From the NCBI GenBank assembly GCA_963708075.1, contig OY970194.1, forward strand, positions 1,376,001-1,440,000: a DNA stretch of 64,000 nucleotides, given 5' to 3'. This DNA comes from Sedimentisphaerales bacterium (GTDB lineage: Bacteria > Planctomycetota > Phycisphaerae > Sedimentisphaerales > Anaerobacaceae). The position numbers and the translations under genes were made by a program. Shown piece by piece: positions 58,283 through 64,000 of this stretch (its first letter is position 1; the number at the start of each line of letters is the position of its first letter). The notes under the pieces are model-generated. The model had not been told where the DNA came from and searched no databases. It was given only the letters and a program-made list of their open reading frames with translations.

Positions 58283-59248
58283 CTATAGGTCGCGCGTTTC
58301 GAAACGGAGGTATCCCAGCATCAGGAAGATCGCCGTGTACAGCAGGCACGCCAGGCCCGCGCCGAGCCAGTGACTTGGGTCCGGGTGCAGCAGATGGTTC
58401 TGCCATCCCCACGGCAGGGCGTACTTGATGAGCTTCATCGCCTCCCACTTGAGGCCGCCCAGGATCGCCAGAAGCAGGACGCCGCCGATGGTCAGCTTCG
58501 CCAGTATCAGCGAGAGGAAAGGCGAGTCCACAGACGCTGAGAGGATCGAACAGACGGCGATATAGGGCAGCATGAGAATCGCCAGGGCGACGAAGCCGTG
58601 CACCGCCCAAGCGGCCAGTTCCGCCGCGGGATAGAGCTTGACCCGCAGGCCCAGGTACAGCGTGATGGTGACGATGATCACCGCCATGACCGCCGTGGAG
58701 AATGCCGCCGTGCCGAGGAAACGCCCGAAGTAGATATTGCCTCGCTCGGTCCTCAGGAGGAGATAGCGCAGGCCGTGACTCTGAATGTCGCCCGTGACCT
58801 GGTTGAAGGCCAGGAAGGAAATCGCGAAGGGCATGCCGAATAAGAGGATCAGGAAGATGGCTGAAAGCAGGGCTGGCCGGTCTTCCAGGAGAAAGTCGGT
58901 CCAGGGATCAAGACGCGCAGGACCCGCACTCAGCGGAACCATCTGAGAGTCAGTGGCGGCTTCGCGTGAAACGTCGGACATGGACTTGAGTCCCAGGACG
59001 AACTGGGCGATCGGCTGGCCCACCGTGATGATGGTGTTGCGGATGGCTTCGGGGTCTGTGTGGCCTATTTGCCGTTTCTGCATGGTCATCAGTTGCTCGA
59101 CGGGCATGATCACCGAATGGGCGACGGAAAGCCCAAAGATCAGCGCGATCATCAGGTATACGAGACCTGCGCCGCTGCGCACCGCATGGCGGCTCCAGTG
59201 AAGGCTGATGAGCCAGATATGGCGGGCGTTCAGCGTCTTGAGATTCAT
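58283..59248 (-). CDS. ABC-2 type permease
   Basis: About six TM segments; GDIQSHGLRYLLLR...GRF. Confidence 0.8.
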   Translation of the reverse strand: MNLKTLNARHIWLISLHWSRHAVRSGAGLVYLMIALIFGLSVAHSVIMPVEQLMTMQKRQIGHTDPEAIRNTIITVGQPIAQFVLGLKSMSDVSREAATDSQMVPLSAGPARLDPWTDFLLEDRPALLSAIFLILLFGMPFAISFLAFNQVTGDIQSHGLRYLLLRTERGNIYFGRFLGTAAFSTAVMAVIIVTITLYLGLRVKLYPAAELAAWAVHGFVALAILMLPYIAVCSILSASVDSPFLSLILAKLTIGGVLLLAILGGLKWEAMKLIKYALPWGWQNHLLHPDPSHWLGAGLACLLYTAIFLMLGYLRFETRDL

Positions 59249-59281
59249 CGCTGGGCAACTCCACTTCCGGCCTGACGATAC

Positions 59282-59740
59282 TCAGTTCGTCAGGTCGTCC
59301 TTAAACGTCGTGTTGATCAGAACAAGGGTCAGGATGGGATAGACCAGGCCGATGATCGTCCCGATGTTGAAGCCTCCCCCGAGCTCGGCGCTGAACATCA
59401 GTCCCGAGACGATGCTGCTTACGATCGTCAGGACTCCATAGACATTGCCCAGCATCCGACCCAGGACCTTCTTCTGCTGCAGATAGCCGATGCCGGACAG
59501 GAGCAGGAGCATGCCGGATAGCGCGGTGAGGACAAGGATGAGGACAAGCATCGGAGTCCCCATACTCTGCATCGCCTCGAGCTGGGCCTTTTGTGTCGCA
59601 TCCATTTTGTCCGTGGGCACCATGTCCACGAGCGCGAAGAATGCCGCCAAGCCGACAATCGATAAGATACTGAATCCGAAGAAGATGAAGTTGATGACCG
59701 CCAGGGCGGTCAGACCACCGGGACGTTTTCCCTCAGCCAT
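59282..59740 (-). CDS. Four-TM membrane protein
   Basis: AAAGGAG RBS; KRPGGLTALAVIN; four hydrophobic helices. Confidence 0.75.
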   Translation of the reverse strand: MAEGKRPGGLTALAVINFIFFGFSILSIVGLAAFFALVDMVPTDKMDATQKAQLEAMQSMGTPMLVLILVLTALSGMLLLLSGIGYLQQKKVLGRMLGNVYGVLTIVSSIVSGLMFSAELGGGFNIGTIIGLVYPILTLVLINTTFKDDLTN

Positions 59741-59892
59741 TCGTCTCTCCTTTCGCCGTACGTGAACATTGATCGCTTGCTCGCCGGTCACGACCGGGCC
59801 CGATCAATTATATAGACGCCCAAACCCCCAAGTCATTCACCATTTTGGTGGTTTTTCGGCAGGCCCGTGGCATGGGAATGCGTACCAGCCGC

Positions 59893-60993
59893 TCAAACGG
59901 TGAGGGAATTGTCCGCGTTCAGGGAGACCGCCGTGCCGAATTGTGCACCTTCCCTGTTGAGCATCTGCCATATCCATCGGGCATCCGTCGCGGAGGCGCG
60001 GCTGAGTTGGAAGTGTCTGACCTGCATCGGGACCAGCCGTACTTGCGCGGGCTCGTCCTCCGTGGGCGAGAGGGTGACGAAGTACATCCCCGCCAAGTCA
60101 CCGCGATAGCGCTCATCACCTTCGATTCCCTCGTAGTCCGTCAGGAAGTCACCGCAGCCGTAGAGAATCGGCCGGCTGTGGTGGAGTTCCAGTGCCTTGA
60201 TGTGGTGCGAGGAATGGCCGTGGATGAGATCGACTCCTTCGTCGATGAGGCGATGTGCGAACCTGATCTGGGCTTCTGGGATCTCGTAGCCCCAGTTGCT
60301 TCCCCAGTGGATGGATGCGACGATTATGTCGTCGGGTCTTCGGGCCTGCCGCATTCCGGCTGCCACGCGAGAGCCGGTTTCCTCCGACAAGTCCGCCAGC
60401 AGATTCACGCCGGGCCGGTCCTCTGTGGCTGCCCACTGCGGCGGGATGCCGCTGGTCACCGACCCGAACGAAAACACCAGGACACGCCCTTTGCCGGGCA
60501 CGTCCAGCACGGCGGGTGCTTGGGCCTCGGCTGCATTGGCGCCGGCCCCCGCGTGCCGGATGCCTGCCTCGTCCAGCGTCGCAAGCGTCTCGGCCAGTCC
60601 TTCGTATCCCCAATCCAGCACGTGATTGTTGGCCAGAGCACAGCAGTCGATCCCGGCGGCCGTAAGACAGCCGATGTTCCGCGGGTTCATGCGATAGTGC
60701 ACTTCCTTGTCCGGCCAATGGTCATTGCTCGTGGTGATGCTCGTCTCAAGATTGATGATTCGCCGATCCACCCCGGCCCGCGCGAGTTCCTCCAAGGCAA
60801 CGCCCCAGATGTACTCAAGGGGGACGGGGCGGGGGATTCGGCCGTAGGCTGCCTCAGCCAAGTCCACGTAGTCCCGGGCGTCCTGGACGTAAAGCTCGAA
60901 CAACTGCGGCTCGCCCGGATAGGGCAGGACCTGGTCGATGCCCCGGCCGGTCATGACATCCCCGCAAGAGAATAGGCAAATCCGCTGATCCAC
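59893..60993 (-). CDS. CapA (PGA_cap) family metallophosphoesterase
   Basis: GDVMTGR, NLET, ANNHVLDWG, HWG, GHSSH. Confidence 0.92.
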   Translation of the reverse strand: MDQRICLFSCGDVMTGRGIDQVLPYPGEPQLFELYVQDARDYVDLAEAAYGRIPRPVPLEYIWGVALEELARAGVDRRIINLETSITTSNDHWPDKEVHYRMNPRNIGCLTAAGIDCCALANNHVLDWGYEGLAETLATLDEAGIRHAGAGANAAEAQAPAVLDVPGKGRVLVFSFGSVTSGIPPQWAATEDRPGVNLLADLSEETGSRVAAGMRQARRPDDIIVASIHWGSNWGYEIPEAQIRFAHRLIDEGVDLIHGHSSHHIKALELHHSRPILYGCGDFLTDYEGIEGDERYRGDLAGMYFVTLSPTEDEPAQVRLVPMQVRHFQLSRASATDARWIWQMLNREGAQFGTAVSLNADNSLTV

Positions 60994-61305
60994 AATCCCG
61001 CCCTCGCACGGCCTAAGAAGACCGCCCTTGCTGACACCATATCCGGCCCGGGTCAGTGGCTTGCATCTCTACGATCCTGGTGTGGAGCAGTTCAAAGGGC
61101 CGATTGAGACCCGATACCCATTCCGCACCGGCGTATCTTACAGATATGAAACCCCATGTAGGCAGATTACGCAGGGTGGCCTGAGCAAAATCCTTCATCT
61201 GCCTTCCGCTGCGCCGGCGTAGTCAATTTTGATGAAACGCAGGAGTCAGAAGATTTTCTGGAATGCTTTTGTGCCGCGAAGAGGCGGCCTTCTCAAGGTG
61301 AACAT

Positions 61306-61692
61306 ATGAAAGAGCAACAGATTGCAGCGGTTTTGGAAAAGAGTGAAGTGAAGAGCTTCGAGCATCCGGATGAGGTTCGCGAATTCCCGAACGGGCGTCT
61401 GGAACTGGTGAAGATCGGCGGGGTCGTCGTCGGCCGTGCCACTCTCGAGCCCGGCTGGCGATGGTCGGAATCGGTTCAGCCGATTGCCAAGACAGACAGT
61501 TGTGAGGCTCCCCATTTCCAGTACCAGTTATCCGGCGTGATCCGCATCCACATGGACGATGGGACGGAATTTGACTGCCATCCCGGCGATGTCTCCCTGC
61601 TTGCCCCCGGTCACGATGCCTGGGTGGTAGGGGACGAGCCGGTCGTGGTCGTCGATTTCCAGGGCATGAGCGAATACGCACAGTCGGAGTAG
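61306..61692 (+). CDS. Cupin domain protein
   Basis: PGWRWS, CEAPH, PGHDAWVVG. Confidence 0.88.
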   Translation: MKEQQIAAVLEKSEVKSFEHPDEVREFPNGRLELVKIGGVVVGRATLEPGWRWSESVQPIAKTDSCEAPHFQYQLSGVIRIHMDDGTEFDCHPGDVSLLAPGHDAWVVGDEPVVVVDFQGMSEYAQSE

Positions 61693-61817
61693 CGTCCCTT
61701 TTTCCTTGACGGTTTCAGCGATCTCGGCCAGCATGGTTCATGCGACGACCCGTTGTTTTGTTCCGGTGTGACGAAGTCGCCCGCAGGTCGAGTAAGAAAC
61801 TGATCAAGGAGACGGAG

Positions 61818-63455
61818 ATGCGTCATCGCAGAACAGTCCTGGCGTTCGGCACGTTGTTCATGGTTACACTGGCGTGTTCGCAGGCGTTTGGGGCTTTGAC
61901 ATTCCTACGGACCCAGGGACAGGACATGGTCGATGAGAGCGGCAGGAAGGTCCTGCTTCGAGGCGTCGGCTTGGGCAACTGGATGCTGCCGGAAGGCTAC
62001 ATGTGGCGTTTCGCGGGCCAGGCGGATCGACCGCGAACGATCGAGAAGGTCGTCAGCGATCTGATCGGTCCGGAGAACGCGGCTCGCTTCTGGTCCGGAT
62101 TCCGCAAGAACTGCATCACCGAGGCCGACATCGCACGGATCGCTGAACTCGGCTTCAACTCCGTGCGTCCCGCGCTGAACGCACGCCTGTTCCTGACCGA
62201 AGGGGACAACGCCACATACGTCGATGAGGGCTTTCAGTTGCTGGACAATCTCGTTAGCTGGTGCCGCAAGCACGACCTGTACGTGATCATCGACATGCAC
62301 GGCGCACCCGGCGGCCAGACGGGCGCGAACATTGACGATAGCCCCAACGATCAACCCGGATTGTTCATGGATAAGAGGAACCAGGACCGGCTGGTCGATC
62401 TCTGGGCCAGGATCGCCGGCCGCTACAAGGATGAGCCGACCGTCGCCGCTTACGACCTGCTGAACGAGCCCCTGCCGCAGCGCACCGGCGCCGCGGAGAA
62501 GTACAAAGATCAGCTCGAACCCCTCTACAAGCGCATCACCGCCGCGATCCGCGAAGTCGATAAGCGACACATGATCACGCTGGAAGGCTGCGACTGGGCC
62601 AACGATTGGTCCGTATTCTCCACTCCCTTTGACAGCAACGTGTTCCACCAGTTCCACTTCTACTGCTGGGAGCGTCCGACGAAGCTCAACGACATCAGCC
62701 GATTCGTGGAGCATCGAAAGAAGCTCAATACGCCGGTCTGGGTCGGCGAGACCGGCGAGAAGGACAACGCCATCTATTGGGCGACCACGCAGTACTTCGA
62801 GGCCAACAATATCGGCTGGTCGTTCTGGCCCTGGAAGAAGATGGATACGACGAACACGCCGTACTCGATCAAGGCCCCGGAAGGATGGGACGCCATCCGA
62901 GCCTACACCCGTAGCGGGGACAAACCCTCCGCTGGAGTGGCGCAGAAGGCATTCGATCAGGTGGTTGAGAACATCAAGCTCCAGAACTGCGTGTATTTCC
63001 CCGACGTGGTGAACGCCATCTTTCGTCGGGTGCCGGGTAGAGTTGAAGCGGAGAACTACGGCCACGATGGACCCAACCAATCCTACTTCGTCAACGATAT
63101 GGCGCAGAGGTCCAAGTACTACCGTGTGTCGGAGCCCGTGCTCGTCGAACAGATTGCGGGGGGCGGCCGCCGGAGTGCGGAGCAGGGGATCAGGCTGACC
63201 GAGCGTGAGTGGACCGCATACAAGATCCAGAGCCAGACGGCACGAGACTATACACCGGTGATGAAGGTCAGGGCTGACGGCGGCCCGGCCGTAATCGAGT
63301 TATCCGCCAATGGCCACACTCAGGACGTGACCATCAACGCGACAGAGTGGGGCGAGGTCCCGCTGAAAGCCATTCTCTTTTCACAAGGAGCGAACCAACT
63401 CAAGGTCCTCGTCAAGAGCGGCTCCGTGTCCCTCGACTGGATCGCCTTCAATTGA
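61818..63455 (+). CDS. Secreted GH5 glycoside hydrolase with a C-terminal CBM6-like module
   Basis: IIDMHGAPG, YDLLNEP, FHFY, WVGETG, WPWKK; VEAENY starts the CBM. Confidence 0.9.
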   Translation: MRHRRTVLAFGTLFMVTLACSQAFGALTFLRTQGQDMVDESGRKVLLRGVGLGNWMLPEGYMWRFAGQADRPRTIEKVVSDLIGPENAARFWSGFRKNCITEADIARIAELGFNSVRPALNARLFLTEGDNATYVDEGFQLLDNLVSWCRKHDLYVIIDMHGAPGGQTGANIDDSPNDQPGLFMDKRNQDRLVDLWARIAGRYKDEPTVAAYDLLNEPLPQRTGAAEKYKDQLEPLYKRITAAIREVDKRHMITLEGCDWANDWSVFSTPFDSNVFHQFHFYCWERPTKLNDISRFVEHRKKLNTPVWVGETGEKDNAIYWATTQYFEANNIGWSFWPWKKMDTTNTPYSIKAPEGWDAIRAYTRSGDKPSAGVAQKAFDQVVENIKLQNCVYFPDVVNAIFRRVPGRVEAENYGHDGPNQSYFVNDMAQRSKYYRVSEPVLVEQIAGGGRRSAEQGIRLTEREWTAYKIQSQTARDYTPVMKVRADGGPAVIELSANGHTQDVTINATEWGEVPLKAILFSQGANQLKVLVKSGSVSLDWIAFN

Positions 63456-63471
63456 TGATAGCCCAGTTCCG

Positions 63472-63960
63472 TCACGACTGGTCGCGTCTGAGCTCCTTGA
63501 TCGCTCTGAGCTGACGCATAGTCTCTCTGTCGCGGGGCCGACGCATGACCTCCTTGGCTGCGATCAACGCGTCTACCGTCAGCACGCGCAATTGCATGCC
63601 CTCGACCTCGATGGTTTCGCTGACCTGCTTGACCTGTTCATAGCTGCCGATGCCCTCAATTGTACTGAGGCAATCCAAACGGCCGAGGTCCGTGTCGAGG
63701 TACAGGTTCTTGGACTCTGAGACGTTTGCATCGGTCGGTTCCAGTGGCGTCCGGCCTGGTGTCATTCGATGAACGGGATGCAGATCGGAGACAGCCTCTT
63801 GCAGGGCCAGGAGGTTCGCAGGCGAGAAATCACAGCAGATGTCCACGTCCTGTGTGACGTACGTGCAGCCGTGCACGACGCCCGCGTAACCACCGATGAT
63901 CACAAAGTCCACGTGGGCTTGGACAAGACGCTGCAACAGGTTGAGAAAGCGGCTACTCAC
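63472..63960 (-). CDS. Nucleotidyltransferase (putative toxin-antitoxin component)
   Basis: IIGGYAGVVHG...TQDVDI; LIAAK...RPRD. Confidence 0.8.
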   Translation of the reverse strand: MSSRFLNLLQRLVQAHVDFVIIGGYAGVVHGCTYVTQDVDICCDFSPANLLALQEAVSDLHPVHRMTPGRTPLEPTDANVSESKNLYLDTDLGRLDCLSTIEGIGSYEQVKQVSETIEVEGMQLRVLTVDALIAAKEVMRRPRDRETMRQLRAIKELRRDQS

Positions 63961-63998
63961 ACGCGCTTTGCCTTTCGGAGCATTTCAACCGTGTCGAG
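63957..63998 (-). CDS. 3' end of a small gene overlapping the nucleotidyltransferase start
   Basis: LDTVEMLRKAKRV* with GTGA start/stop overlap; runs off the window edge. Confidence 0.55.
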   Translation of the reverse strand, partial: LDTVEMLRKAKRV

Positions 63999-64000
63999 GG

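Noticed and set aside
61000..61300. Small ORFs between capA and the cupin gene
   Set aside because: No motifs or clear RBS; cannot be supported

Overview
GC-rich bacterial chromosomal window, about 55 genes. Gene content points to a Planctomycetota genome, most likely Phycisphaerae/Sedimentisphaerales-like and anaerobic (inference from two H-X9-DG prepilin-like proteins, an IPAPGA-type PEP-CTERM protein, HEAT-repeat proteins, a sulfatase maturase and many exported glycan-active enzymes). It carries housekeeping genes (rsmD, cca, an rsmH paralog, mntP, comF, flavodoxin), carbohydrate genes (GH39-like, heparinase II/III-like, GH51, GH5, AGE epimerase, sugar porter), three proteases, an Hsp20 pair with a sigma54 promoter, and a clear cobalamin riboswitch with terminator. 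Intergenic DNA is dense with REP/REPIN-like palindromes from several families. No rRNA, tRNA, cas gene, integrase or transposase was seen. Five genes are split by frameshifts, mostly a single G missing from a G-run, which suggests long-read assembly errors. Most notable: (1) the same palindromic element sits in frame inside two unrelated enzymes; (2) a B12 riboswitch controls a beta-propeller, a pilin-like protein and an ATP pyrophosphatase with no Btu genes, a candidate non-canonical corrinoid uptake system; (3) a 17-nt direct-repeat array lies downstream of a sigma54 promoter and next to an SF2 helicase; (4) an apparently exported dikinase has glucan-water-dikinase-like domain order; (5) a stand-alone lipoprotein copies the pro-domain of the adjacent protease.
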